This document shows, in pieces, positions 25,180 through 38,020 of a stretch of 64,000 nt of DNA. Numbering within the stretch: the stretch's first letter is position 1; each line of letters opens with the position of its first letter. The position numbers and the translations under genes are program-made. The DNA is from Vicugna vicugna. Taxonomy: Eukaryota. Location: assembly GCA_013265495.1 (NCBI GenBank), contig MU057930.1:822057-886056 (forward strand), given 5' to 3'. The notes under the pieces are model-generated. The model was not told where the DNA came from, searched no databases, and worked only from the letters and a program-made list of their open reading frames with translations.

Positions 25180-25840
25180 ATTATTATTGTGTATAGTTGA
25201 TACACCATGTTGTGTTAGTTTCTGCTGTGCATAGAGCAAAGTGATTCAGCTATATATATATTCATTCTTTTTCATTGTAGGTTGTTAAAAGATAATGAAT
25301 ATAATTCCCTGTGCTACACAGTTGATCCTTGTTGTTTACCTATTTTATAAATAGTCGTGTGTATCTGCTCATCCCAAACTCTTAATTTATCACTTCCCCA
25401 CCTGCTTCCACCCCGGTAACCATAAGTTTGTTTTCTATGTCTGTGAGTCTGTTTCTGTTTTGTAAATAAGTTCATTTGTGTCATTTTTATAGATTCCACA
25501 TATAAGTGATATCATATGATATCTGTTTTTGTCTGACTTACTTCACTTAGTATGTTGCTACAAATGGCATTGTTTAATTCTTTTTCATGGCTGAGTAGTA
25601 TTCCATTGTATAAATAGACCACAGCATCTTTATCCAGGCATCTGTTGATGGACATCTAGGTTATTTCCATGTCTTGGCTGTTGTAAATAGTGCTGCTCTG
25701 AACATTGGGGTGCAGGGGTCTTTTAAAATTAGAGGGTTTTTTTTGTGGATATAAGCCCAGGGCTGGGATTGCTGGATCATAGACTAAGTCTAAGTTTAGT
25801 TTTTTAAGGGAAACTTCATGGTGGTTGCACCAAATAAATT
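25180..25840 (-). mobile_element. LINE-1 3' end
   Basis: Minus ORFs TQMNLFTKQKQTHRHRKQTYG and LKKLNLDLVYDPAIPALGLYP. Confidence 0.93.
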
Positions 25841-26450
25841 CGAGGGTGGGTTGTGTTAATGTCACTATAAGATTCTGTAAGAGTGAAATGAGCTTTACAA
25901 AGAGATGGTGCTCCCTGCTCAGGACATCCCATCTTTATTCTCTGATAAGAGAGACTCAAAGGTCAACTCTTTGGAGGTTGGACCAGCCACTCTGGTTCCC
26001 TCCCAGATACTTTGATAAATCCCACCCTCATTCCTGTGCTACAAAGAATCATCTCCGTTATTCCAAGGAACACAGCACCTAGGCGGGAGCTCTACCTGGA
26101 GGGAAGGCTGCCTGCCCCCTGGCCCTGCCCTGAGTCTCACCTTCAGCTGTGTCCGTGTCATTGTCACGCAGACCACCTGTCCGTCAATGCCATGATAGGT
26201 TACGCCTTGGAATTAAAAACAAAACAAAACTAGTTGCCTTGAGTCTTCTCAATCCAGGGGGGAAACGGCCAGAATTTCACCCCAAACCTTCTTACTTTCT
26301 ATGGGAACACCAAATGCAGAGAAAATTTTACTTCCACAGTATAAAAACATATGCATTGATTGTCCTGGTCTTATTTCTCACACATTTGTCATGCAGTGTG
26401 CAGTCACACGGTACCCGGTCTGACCCAAGGAAAGGCATGAACAATTTTAC

Positions 26451-26584
26451 CTCCGAGAAAGAAAATCTCACAGGAAGATCCTGTATTCACAACACGTTCA
26501 TGCGCAGAATTGGCCGCTAGCCAGTGGACGAACCACCTTAAATCTTTTTGCAATGACGTGACGTCCAGGAGATTCATACGTTTC
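26451..26584 (-). pseudogene. Putative exon, 134 nt
   Basis: tttatttttag|GAAAC...GGAG|gtaaaa; RHCKK and RFKVVRPLA in adjacent frames. Confidence 0.5.
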
Positions 26585-26789
26585 CTAAAAATAAATCCGG
26601 TATTTAGTTCCACTTTATTTCAGTTAAAATATTATTATAAGGAGACTGACTGCATGAGATTAATGTGTATATTTTCCCCCATAACATGTTGTTTATTCAG
26701 AATGAAACCCCATTATGTCCTAAAAATTAATTCTACTCTGGCTTAAAGCTGGATTGCTACCGTATCTGGGGTGCACGTAATTATAATTT

Positions 26790-27290
26790 CTTTTTCTGTG
26801 CGATGAAGACATTTAGCGTCTACTTCCTTAGCGACGCCTCACACAGCATGGTCAACTAGAATCACAGTGTTTTGCATTCGATCTATTTCCAGAAGTTATT
26901 CATGTTCTGACTGTAAATAACCCCTCCGCAAACTTCCCACCTGCGAGCCACCGGTAACCACCGTTCATTCATTTCCTTTTTAATTGGGGAAAGATACACA
27001 TAATGTAAAAGTTACCATTTTAGTCATTTTATAGCGTGCAATTCAGGGCCATTGATTGTATTTGCAATAGTGTGCAAATATTCTAGTCCCAGAGTATTTT
27101 TGTCACTGCAGAAGAAGACCCTGTACCTATTAGCTACCTCCCATCATCTGCTCCAGCCACTGGCAATGTCTAACCTGCTTTTTTTCTCTATGGATTTGCC
27201 TGTTCTGAGAATTTCACATGAATGGAATCAACTACCATGTGGCCTTCGGTCTCTGGCTTCTCTGAGCTCCACGTCTTCAAGGTTCCTCCC
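26790..27290 (-). mobile_element. Old LINE-1 3' fragments
   Basis: ctatggatttgcctgttctgagaatttcacatgaatggaatc motif. Confidence 0.7.
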
Positions 27291-27649
27291 GCAGGAACGC
27301 TGTTTAGGCTAAGAACAGCCACATCCCCACATGTTCCCCATCTCTACGGTCATGAATGATGCTCAGAATGTGGTTTCAGACGGACTCACATCCTGGTCCT
27401 ACGCTCCCCACTCATTTTCTGCTTAACAATTTGCTTAACGACGAATTTAAATTTAACATCTTTACCACGTGCTCATACGGGTGTAGTCGCTTTCCAAGCC
27501 ATCGAGAAATTATTGAAGGAAGACGCCAAGCAAGATTTTAAGTAAAGTGAGTCCATCTTAACCAAGACTGAGAGGTCTACCTGACTGTCTCTGGGAGCTA
27601 ATTGGTCCCCATTTTTCAGCGTACGTCTTTAATTTTATTTCGCTCAAGC

Positions 27650-27877
27650 CAGAGTTTCTCAAGCTTGGCACAAATGAGCTTTAGGGATGGAGGAGGGCGT
27701 GGGGGCTGTCTGGTTACTGCAGGAGGGTTGCAGCCCCAGGTTTGCACTCCCCGCTAGGTGCCAGTAGCATCCCACGGAGTTTCGATCTCAGATACTCAAA
27801 CCGTGTTTCCAGAAGTGACTCAGGGTGTCCTGGAGGGAGGCAGGGAGTGCAAAACTGAGCCCATCTCAGAACCACTG
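27650..27877. mobile_element. MER20-like hAT DNA transposon
   Basis: Termini cagagtttctcaa ... cagaaccactg; internal gggggctgtc, tgccagtagcatc. Confidence 0.75.
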
Positions 27878-28570
27878 AGCTAAAGATGAAACTAAGGTAC
27901 AGACACAATTAAATTTCATATTGTTATTAAAAACACACACACAGAGAGAATGAGAAATATCTTCAACCATTAGGAGGAGCATGGATTCAAGTATTAAATA
28001 AAGAGATATTTTGGCTCCTCTCTGTCTTACTTCCACTCTAAAGTTTTTCTTAATATTAGGATTATATCGTATTAAGCATAACAATGACCCAAGAGATTCT
28101 ACATACAGATCTATTTATTCCTTGTATGCATTAAATTATTGGGGTCCAATCACGCTGAGCAATTTGCTCAAAAGCAAAAGTTGTGGCTCAAAATTATTTC
28201 TCTAATTGCTTCATGTTTTTAGTATAGCATAGTTTGCTTTTTCTTTTTTAAACAAAAGCCTAGAATATTCTAACATACTTAGGAGGACAGCTGAAAAAAA
28301 AAAATCCAAGTCAGAAACTGAGACAAGCTATGCAGTCATTAAACAAACGTGAGATGCAAAGTGGTTCTTACTTCTTTTTCAGACAGAGACATCACCGCTC
28401 CAACTGACCTGGTGAGGACGGACTCGCTAAAGAGGACTTTACCTCCATCGCACTACTTGGGGAATTTTAAACTTTTGCATTTTGCATTCTGCATTTTTTT
28501 TTTGGTTATTTTTTAAAAAATCTTTCTATAGTATGGTGAACTTTGAAAAACTCAAAAAAAAAAAAAACAC

Positions 28571-28923
28571 CGTTGCATCCAAGTCCATGAGTAGAGCAGG
28601 TTCCATGTCTGCATGAAGCGTTTTGATGGCAGAAATAAATATGGGAAACGCTTGGAACTTCAGTAAATGACTGCAAATATCCCCACATCTGTGCCAGAAG
28701 AGAAACATCTTCAAATGCAAAATAACAGTGGTTGGACGTCCTGCTGATGTAAAGACATTGAGAACTGGCCCCCGAAAGGGTTTCCTTTGTGACCACATGA
28801 GGCTTGAAGATTTTGATTTTTCTCCTCTTACGACTTTAAATATTGCCTTTTTTTCCCAGAGACAACTTTCTTTTATGTGAGATATGCCTCCCTTTTCCTT
28901 TTAGCTTTGGGTTTGGGTGTAAA
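28571..28923 (-). pseudogene. Putative exon, degraded
   Basis: Poly-T-cacag| acceptor; NLQASCGHKG and EDVSLLA/HRCG motifs with stops and frameshifts; donor uncertain. Confidence 0.45.
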
Positions 28924-30521
28924 CTGTGAAAAAAAAATACATTTTCACTGCAGCTGAAATGGTAAAAGTCTTCGCACGGAGTCTAAACGCTGACTTGCAC
29001 ACGGAAAGAAAAAGAGTTTTTGCTTAATCAACTTTGAATGTAATGGTCATTTAGAAATACGGTTTCACCCGCCCTCAAGAAGTCTTCCACGTTCCTTTGC
29101 GCCTGACTCTGCTACTGGAGTAAAATGTTGATTACTGAAAGGTTTTTTTCCTCAAAAAGGAATGATTGCAACTATAAAAAGTTTCTATGAGGGGGGTGCC
29201 AAGGGGTTCATCCGAAGGCAAACTTTTTTCCGTTTTATTTTTCTTTCTTCCCTTTTTTTTTTTTTTTTAAACCTGAAGGAATTTTTTTTCCTTTCTCTGT
29301 CTGGGTGGCCTCAGATAGCCCCATGGCCTTAAACATTAAGCTCAGGAGATGCCTGTCAAATTTTTACAGCCAGCTCAGACCTCTTTTCTGGGCTCCCGCT
29401 GAATTCAACCTTCTCCCCAGCCTTCCCCCCCAAACCCCTGACGTACCATGTTCAGAACAAACGTTAATGTTTTCACTTACCACGTCTGCATGATTACAAT
29501 GAATATTACTTTAAGGTATACAAGAATGTATTGAGTTTTGTCTTTAATGTTCTTTTTTAAAAAACTTTTTTTTATTGATTTATAATCATTTCACAATGTT
29601 GTATCAAATTCCAGCGTAGAGCGCAATTTTTCAGTTATAAATTATCTCTCTATACAATATCTATACAATGAATCCATATGTGTACAGTGTCTTTGCCTAC
29701 CCTGCCATCCGTGGACACCTGGACCGTTTCTGCTACGTTGGTATCACAGACAGAGCTACTGGGCACCCTCTCCGGCGAGTCTCCCAAAGCATTTACTGCG
29801 GCTGGGTTGTCCATGTCTCTTCCGACTTAACAGACAGTGTCAAATTGGTTTCTGAAACGACGGGTCCATTTTGGGTCCTAGAATTAGCACTTCATTTCTT
29901 CCAACTGCCGTTATTTCTCACCACCTTTCTCCTTCACAGAGCTGGGTGAGATGTTGTATCTCTATGGTCGATTCCAAATCAGAGGGTTTTTTTAAAAAAG
30001 TAATATTCTGATTATTCATAACTTAATCCTTTCTTGAGTGTCCTAATAGGATATCAAAGATCGAATAAGTTCCTGGTTCTGTTGGTTTCGTGTTAGACTG
30101 ATGCTAAGAAGTGGAAGGCTTATTCATTGCTTTCATTCTCAAGCGAATATTAAAGAACATTTTTTTTCAGGAGGCAGAGGGGAAAACAGGAGATTAAATT
30201 AGTTAATTATTTGAGGAACCACGTCAAATTAAACTCAAGTGCTCCTCTCTCTGAATTAAAATGATTGTTCTGAATGATCTTAAGAAAAGGATTTTAAAAA
30301 AAATGCTTATTCTGGGCGTGAGAATATAGTCTGATTACTTGTCCATTTTCCTGAAGGTAATTCTATTATCTCAAGAGGTGGCTCATACTCCGCCTGCCAT
30401 GAAGGACAAGTGTTAATTTATGTATTTCGTATATGACTGAAGCATGTGCTGTGCACCAGAAATTGACACACTGTAAACTGACTAGACTTCGATAAAAATA
30501 TTTTTTTTTAAAAAGGCTTAC

Positions 30522-30883
30522 TTTCTTTTTAAGTCAAACCAGGTGTGGTATCCAGCTTTGCCTGACAAAACCAACAGAGGACAGGCACCCGATTCCCTGC
30601 GGTTTAACGGATGGATTCCATCCATTGCTGCCAACTGGACACCAGGCACGCCTGCCACGCAGTCCTTGGGGACTAAATCCAGTTGTACAAATCCCCCGTT
30701 ACTTTTGCAGAGGACGAGTGAGGCGGAATCATTTTCCAACCTCGGTGTTTGGCAGGGCAGGAGGGAGACCCCCATTTCCCGACGAGCCACGCACACTGAA
30801 GCCATTAACAAACAGTAAATATTAATGTGCCGTCCCATGTTCGGCGTATAGGCATTCCCATAAAGCCAGCAGGAGTTGGAAGA
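30522..30883 (-). pseudogene. Putative exon spanning a ZP-N-like domain junction
   Basis: gatttacacag| acceptor and AAA|GTAAGC donor; different frames give LWECLY, RRTWDGTLIFTV, NGFSVR and SLLPCQTPRLENDSASLVLCKSNGGFVQLDL...ESGACPLL. Confidence 0.65.
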
Positions 30884-30960
30884 CTGTGTAAATCACTTGT
30901 TTTTTTTTGCTTGTTTGTTTTTTTCTCTTTCTCTAGAACCTGACATCCAGACACCAAAAC

Positions 30961-31933
30961 TTTTTTTTAAATTTTTTATTGATTTATAATCATTTTACAA
31001 TGTTGACAAACCCCTAATGTACCATGTTCAGAACAAACGTTAATGTTTTCACTTACCATGTCTGCATGATTACAATGAATATTACTTAAAGGTATACGAG
31101 AATGTATTGAGTTTTGTCTTTAATGTTCTTTTTTTAAAAACTTTTTTTATTGATTTATAATCATTTTACAATGTTGTGTCAAATTCCAGTGTAGAGCACA
31201 ATTTTTCAGTCATACATGAACATATATATATTCATTGAGACATTGTTTTCTCTGTGAGCTAGCATATGATCTTGTGTATATTTCCCTGTGCTATACAGTA
31301 TAATCTTGTTTATCTATTCTACAATTTTGAAATCTCATCTATCCCTTCCCACCCCCCGCCTCCTTGGCAGCCACATGTTTGTATTCTATGTCTATGAGTC
31401 TATTTCTGTTTTGTATTTATGCTTTGTTTTTGTTTTCTGTTTTATTTATTTATTTTTTAGATTCCACATATGAGCAATCTCATTTAGTATTTTTCTTTCT
31501 CTTTCTGGCTTACTTCACTTAGAATGACATTCTCCAGGAATATCCATGTTACTGCAAATGGCATTATTTTATTCTTTTTTATGGCCAAGTAGTATTCCAT
31601 TGTATAATATACCACATCTTCTTTATCCAGTCATCTGTTAATGGACATTTAGGCTGTTTCCATGTCTTGGCTACTGTAAATAGTACTGCTATGAACACTG
31701 GGGTGCAGGTGTCTTTTTGAAGTAGGGTTCCTTCTGGATATATGACCAGGAGCGGGATTCCTGGGGCCCATGGTAAGTCTCTTCCTAGTCTTTTGAGGAA
31801 TCTCCATACTGTTCTCCACAGTGGCTGCACCAAACTGCATTCCCACCAGCAGTGAAGGAGGATTCCCTTTTCTCCACAGCCTCTCCAGCATTTGTCATTT
31901 GTGGATTTTTGAATGATGGCCATCCTGACTGGT
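30961..31933 (-). mobile_element. 5'-truncated LINE-1 with target-site duplication and captured segment
   Basis: ORF2 C-terminus [29 protein letters not shown]...; TSD AGACACCA(A/G)AACTTTT at 30949-30964 and 31934-31949. Confidence 0.9.
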
Positions 31934-32289
31934 AGACACCAGAACTTTTGAGCTCACTCATATGGAATTCCTCCATCCTTTGCCTGTTCTGTTTGCCTTA
32001 AAGACATTTAGTAGCTGTGAGCATCACTTGATGTCATGTTCCATGTGTGGGTGGGCCCCGTCTGTACTGAGGTAGCAAGAGAAGCAGGTGACGTTCCTCG
32101 CCTGGTTGTGGAAGTTTGCCCCTGTTGAAGGGATCTCCCAGGGAGGACAAGGATCTCTTGTGTTGCAGGTGGACTCAGTTGACCATGGCGTCTGAGTCTT
32201 AAAAGGTGGCTATTTTGGGCCCGTTCCCAATTTCTCTTGGCTATTGTCTTCCTTTTAAGTATGAATCAAATCGTCGAGTCAGCCTTATC

Positions 32290-32720
32290 TGTGATGGATT
32301 GAACAGTGTCCCCTGCCAAAATTCTTGTCTACCCAGAACCTCTGAATGACATCTTATTTGGAAATAGAGTCTTTGCAGATGTAAGTGGAGGATCTCAGAG
32401 GAGGTCCTCCTGGAGGAGATGGCCCTGCATCCAAGGACAGTGACCTCAGAAGAGACAGAGGAAGAGAGACACAGACACAGAGGAGAAGCCACGTGGAGAC
32501 AGAGGCGGAGATGGGAGGGAGGCGGCCACCAGCCCAGGGATGGACAACTAGAGCCCCCAGAAGCTGGAAGAGGCAGGAGGGACCCTCCCCTGGAGCCTCG
32601 GGAGGGAGCGCGGCCCTGGGACACCTTGACCTCAGACGTCTGGTCTCCAGGACAGGGGAGGATGAGTTCCTGTTGTTTTAAACCAATAAGTTATTGACCA
32701 TTTGCTAGTGTAATTGCAGA
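32290..32720 (+). mobile_element. MLT1C-like MaLR LTR, GC-shifted
   Basis: tgtgatggattgaacagtgtcccc...gaggcggagatgggagggaggcggccaccagcccaggg...cctgttgttttaaacc. Confidence 0.85.
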
Positions 32721-32824
32721 AAGCTCCTACAGCCTATAACCTATGGAGATTAAGCGCAATGGAGACAGGGTGATGGATTCATTTATACACTTAAGAAAAT
32801 AAAAGAGACCCACATTCTGGAGTG

Positions 32825-33012
32825 ACTGTTCTCAACATTCAGCCCGTGTTGGACCACCTGGAGGGCTCACGGTGCTGCAGGTTGTTGGACCCACCCCCAG
32901 GGTTTCTGACTCAGTCGAGGGGTGAGTGTGATGCCCGGAGGCTTTTGTTTTTTTCCTTTTCTGCATGGATTCTAGGGCCTTGTACGGCCGGGGAGAGGTA
33001 CCCTTTGAAAGT
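32825..33012. mobile_element. MER5-like DNA transposon remnant
   Basis: gttctcaac...ccacctggaggg...ccacccccagggtttctgactcagt...ctttgaaa. Confidence 0.6.
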
Positions 33013-33456
33013 TCTCAGCAGGAAAATATTTCTGTTTCCTGTGGTTCAGCCTCTCTGCACCCGGGTCCCATCGGATGAAGGTCAAAGTCACTTAACTGAT
33101 GGTGGTCCTCGGCGAATAAAGGCTGGCCTGTGTGCTTTTCAGGTTTGGCATCGAGGGTTCTCCCTAGAAAACAGCAGTTGAAAAGATGATCTCGGAGCAG
33201 TGCTGAATAACAGAGAGCTCTCAGCTGGCGCGGGCCCGGGGCTCCCCGCGGCCTCTGTGACATTTGTGCAGCAGGCCCTCTGGCTTCCGCACAGGAGCGT
33301 GCGGACACGCGGGACAGAGGAGGGGGCGGAAATGTTAACGCTCCTCTCCTGTGTCTTCGTGGATGAGATTTCAGGCATAGTGTCTTTTCTGAGTTTTCAA
33401 TGCTCTTTTTTTTTTTTTTTTGCGGTTCAAAAATGTATGCAATTTTACGCGGTGAC

Positions 33457-33773
33457 CTATTTGTGCGAGAACGCATGGTGTCCAGAGAGCATCAGTTGAT
33501 GAAAATGTTTCGCGATCAGGTTGGAAGTGGTGGTTGCACAGCCCTGGGACTGGAACACTTGAAAATGATCAATTTGCTGCGTTGTTGAAATCCACCTTCA
33601 TTAAGACAGGAGTTGATGGAGCTTCTTTTTTATTAGAAACTTGAAAGAAGGACTTGTTTGTAAAGGAGTAAACATGACTGTCTGGAGGTCGACATCCCTG
33701 GGGGTGCAGATAAGCACAACTGGAAACTTTTGAAAAATTTTTCCAGGTGAATAAAGAAGATGTCCCGTCCTGA
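33457..33773 (-). pseudogene. Putative exon with ZP-N-like Cys motifs, frameshifted
   Basis: DGTSSLFTWKNFSKVSSCAYLHPQGC in one frame, then EGGFQQRSKLIIFKCSSPRA and *CSLDTMR in another; boundaries approximate. Confidence 0.55.
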
Positions 33774-33984
33774 CTTTAGTTAAAAGCATTGGAAGAGTTT
33801 AACTACCCTGGCCGGTAGAAGGCGGTGCGGAAGGTGGCGCCTGCATTTCTCACAAAGGACCTTTTAATGTGTGTGAAAAATATGCGCTTTCACACCTTGT
33901 CCGTGGGTGACTGTGGAAATGCTGACTTCCGGGCTTCGCCATTCAGCGCTGCTTTAGAGCGTTCCTGAAACGGGATCCTGCGCT

Positions 33985-34355
33985 GCACAGCAACATGGAT
34001 GGACCTCAGGGCGATCATACTGAGTGAGGTCGGTCAGAGAAAGACAAACACTATCTGATGGCACTCATACGTGGAATCTAAAAAAAAAAAAAAGATACAA
34101 ATGAATCTACATACAAAACAGAAACAGAATCACAGACATAGACAACAAACTTATGGTTACGAAAGGGGCAAGGGGGTGGGAAGGGATAAATTAGGACTCT
34201 GAGATTCGCAGATACACACTACCGTATATAAAATAGATAAACAACAAGGACCTGCTGTGTAGCACAGGGAACGATGCTCAACACCTTGTAATAAACTATG
34301 ATGAAAAAGAATATATACGTATAGCTGAATTACTATGCTGTGCACCAGAATTAAA
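33985..34355 (+). mobile_element. LINE-1 3' end
   Basis: gcaacatggatggacctc...ataaacaacaaggacctgctgtgtagcacaggg. Confidence 0.9.
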
Positions 34356-34864
34356 TCAGTAACAAAATTAGCTGCATAGGAAGCCTCAAGTTGCAAGATA
34401 TGTGTGTGGCTATGTTTGTAAAGGGGGTGGGGCATAGGAAGAGAAGACAGCCAGCAACACTTGTCCCACACTCAAGGCTAGATGGCAACAGCAGAGCTGC
34501 CTCAGAAGTTGTCTGCCCGTGGCCTGACTGTCTTTAGAAAGACCATGCCTGCTTCATTTATCGGAGGTCTTAATATGTTTAGTAACTTTCACAGGGCGAT
34601 GAAGATCAAGTCCAGACTCTTTCATGCAACAGCCAAGGGTCTTCGTGGTCTGGTCCAAGCTCTCCCCATTCCTCATCTTCTGCTCCCATCACCCCCAACC
34701 TGGAACCATATGCCGTAACCATGTTTAACTGTTTATTTCCTACAACACTGAGGGTCTTTCGGACTTCTAGCATCTGATCATGCTCCATTTTCTGCTGCGC
34801 AGTTGACAGGTGGTGAATCACGGGTTAAAAAAAAATCTTTTAACCCAGGTTCCAGATTTTTTTT

Positions 34865-35575
34865 TTAATTGAAGTAGAGTTGATTTACAATATTGTGTTA
34901 GTTTCAGATGGACAGCAAAATGATTCAGTCATACACAGACATATTACTTTTCATATTCTTTTTCATTATAGGTTATTACAGAATATTGAATAGAGTTCCC
35001 TCTGCTTTACAGTAGGACCTTGTTGTTTATCTATTTTATATATTGTAGTTGTATCTGTTAATCCCAAACTCCTAATTTATCCTTCCTCCCACTTTCCCCT
35101 TCGGTAACCATAGTTTGTTTTCTATGTGTGTGACTCTCTTTCTGTTTTGTAAATAAATTCATTTGTGTTTTTTTTTAAGATTCCACATATAAGTGATATC
35201 ATGTGGTATTTTTCCTTCTCTTTCTGGCTTACTTCACTTAGAATAATGATCTCCAGGTCCATCCATGTGGCTGCAAATGGCATTGGTTTTTTCATGGCTG
35301 AATAGTATTCCATTGTATAAAAATACCACAACTTCTTTATCCAGTCATCTGTCAGTGGACATTTTAGGTTGTTTCCATGTCCTGGTTATTATAAATAGTG
35401 TTGTTATCAACACTGGGGAGCATGTATGTTTTTGAAGTAGAGTTTTCTGTGGATCATATGGTGGCTCGATTTTAGTTTTTTAAGGAAGCTCATACTGTTT
35501 TTCATAGTAGCTACACCAAATTAAATTCTCAGCAGCACTGGAGGTGGGTTCCCATTTCTCCACACCCTCTGCAGC
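34865..35575 (-). mobile_element. LINE-1 3' end
   Basis: Minus ORF MEYYSAMKKPMPFAATWMDLEIIILSEVSQKEKEKYHMISL. Confidence 0.95.
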
Positions 35576-36042
35576 ATAACACTGAATTCTCAGCGAATAA
35601 GTGTGTTGATGGATGAATGAATGAAGCTTAACACTTTAAGGTCTTTGACTCCTTTGAGAATCTGATGAAAGATAAAGACCGTCTTCCAAGTAAGAAGCAC
35701 TTTAGAAATATATCACCAAGCACTGCTGACTATCTCAGGGAATCCATGGGTCTCCTGACGTCCAAGTGTCCATTCCTCTGTGGCCACCGGCATGAGAACA
35801 GAGAACATCATGACAGAACGATGCTCTTTTGTTCCTTCTTTTTCTTTAAAAAAAAAAAGTGAAGCCTTTTAATAGCAGTCCCGTACTTCGAGTGGCTGCT
35901 CCAGAAATGATTCAAAGAGCAGTTCATTTCACACTGACCCAGTCAAAATATTAATTGCGAGCGAGGAAGGAGGCTCGGGTGGGTTAATGAAGCCACGGGG
36001 TAAACGGATTGTGTTTCGAGAAGAGAAGTGTAACTGGCATAC

Positions 36043-36216
36043 CTGCGGACTGCAGAATCAAATGTGTTCCTGTTTCTCTGTTTCTTGCCAGGAAAGAAGC
36101 TTCTGGAAGCTGCACTGAATGGTAAGGCGTAACACGCATAAGGGTCCTTACTATGTTTAGGTTAGAAAGCCTTGTGTTCCGGGTCCAGGCCGCCCCCAGA
36201 ACGCTTTGTGAGTGTG
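36043..36216 (-). pseudogene. Putative exon, 174 nt, phase 1-1, fully open
   Basis: cattttaacag|CA...GCAG|gtatgc; reads HSQSVLGAAWTRNTRLSNLNIVRTLMRVTPYHSVQLPEASFLARNRETGTHLILQSA without stops. Confidence 0.6.
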
Positions 36217-36619
36217 CTGTTAAAATGCTGCTGGTGCTTGAGGGTCAGCCAGGTGGACACACCTGAGTTGGGAAAACCCTATAAAAGCAAGGGGTTTGGG
36301 GATCAACATGATCTCAGCCCTCAATCTGCGGAAACTGAGAGCATTCTGCAGAAAGTTAAAAGAATGAACACCTGTCCTATTCAGACTGGCTGTGAGACAG
36401 TCAAGCACTTGTTTAATACTCATTCAGAAACGCTGCACACATTCCGTGATTATATTGTTGTATTACATAATTGCCTCTAGGTGATTATATAATTAAAGGT
36501 GAATGTATTCATTCACCCATTTAAAAAATAACATGTTATGAGTTCCTCAAAGAAATAGAGAATAAAATTAAAACTTCCCAAAGCCTACCATGCAGACGTA
36601 ACTTTGTTTAACTTTTTTT

Positions 36620-36940
36620 GTGTGTCTATTTGATTTACACTGTTGGTGTTAAGTTTATGGTGTGCAGCACAGTAATTCGGTCATGTGTGTATTTATATAT
36701 TCCTTTCCATATTCAGTTCCATTATAGGTTGTTACAAGGTATTGAATATAGTTCCCCGTGCTCTGCAGTAGGACCTTGTTGTTCATATGTAGTAGTTTGT
36801 ATCTGCTAATCCCAAACTCCTAATTTATCCCTCCCCCTGCGACCATAAATTTGTTCTCTGTGTCTGTGAGTCTGTTTCTGTCTTGTAAGTGAGTTCATTT
36901 GTATCATTTTTTTTTTAGATTCCAAGTATCACTGATATTA
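36620..36940 (-). mobile_element. LINE-1 3' UTR fragment
   Basis: cagtaggaccttgttg...ctaatcccaaactcctaatttatccc. Confidence 0.85.
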
Positions 36941-36980
36941 TGTTTAATGTTTTCCATCGATGTTCTATGCTTCATCAGTG

Positions 36981-37212
36981 CCAGTGGTTCTCAACCAGGA
37001 ATGATTCTGACCTCCAGTGGGGAAACCCATGTGCAAACCTCAGGGTCTGGAGACCTTTCTGGATGCTGCATTGGAGAGGAGAGGGTGCTCCTGGCATTCG
37101 GTTGGTGGAGACCAGGGCTGCTGCTCACCCTCCCACAATACACAGGACAGCCCCCTCCACAAAGGAGTTTCTGGCCCCCAAATGCCCACAGCACTGAGGC
37201 TGAGAAACCCTG
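36981..37212. mobile_element. MER20-like DNA transposon
   Basis: TIRs cagtggttctcaa ... tgagaaaccctg. Confidence 0.85.
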
Positions 37213-37294
37213 ATGTATACACATGGGTTTGACAGTGTTGGGGACCTATTTCAGATCAACCATGATGAGAGGTAGGTGTTTTGATAAATAGTTC

Positions 37295-37527
37295 TCATGG
37301 TTAATTTTATGGATCAACATGACTGGGTCCCAGGGTGCCCTGAAAGTTGGCTAAACATTATTTATGGATTTGTCTGAAAGGGTGTTTCTGGAGGAGGTAA
37401 GGGTTTGAGTTGATGGACTGAAAAAAGCAGGTGGCCCTTTCCATGTGGGTGGGCCTCGTCTAATCAGAGGAAGATGAGAATATAACAAAAACTTGGAGGG
37501 AGAATTCTCTATCTATCTATCTATCTG

Positions 37528-37565
<38 letters not shown>

Positions 37566-38020
37566 CTATCTATCTATCCATCCTATCTATCTATCTATCT
37601 ATCCCATCCATCCATCCATCCATCCATCCTATCTGTCTGTCTCTCTCTCTGTATATCTATCTATCTATCTACCTACCTACCTATCATCCATCTATCTACT
37701 AGCTACTTATGTATGTATCTGTCTACCAATTATCTGTCTGTCTAGCTATCACCTACTCATCCATTGATCAGTCTGTCTCTATCTCTTTCTCCTTCTGCCC
37801 CCCTCGTTGAGGTGGGACATCCATTTTCTCCTGCTTTCAGACTGGAATCTCAGGCTTTTGGAGTCAGATGAGAATTGACTCCCTGATTGGCCAGGTCCTT
37901 CAGCTCCAGAGGGCAGATCATGGACCACCTCAGGCTCCATGATGCCATGAGCCAGTTCCCATAATAATCCTCTTTCTCTGAACGTAGAGATTTATTGGTT
38001 CTGTTTCTCTGGAGCACCCT
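37295..38020 (+). mobile_element. MLT2-like LTR with internal (TCTA)n array (37508-37780)
   Basis: atggttaattttatggatcaacatgactggg ... ttggttctgtttctctggagcaccct. Confidence 0.85.

Noticed and set aside
31579..31923. Intact CCHC-type protein gene
   Set aside because: C-terminus of L1 ORF2 in a 5'-truncated element.
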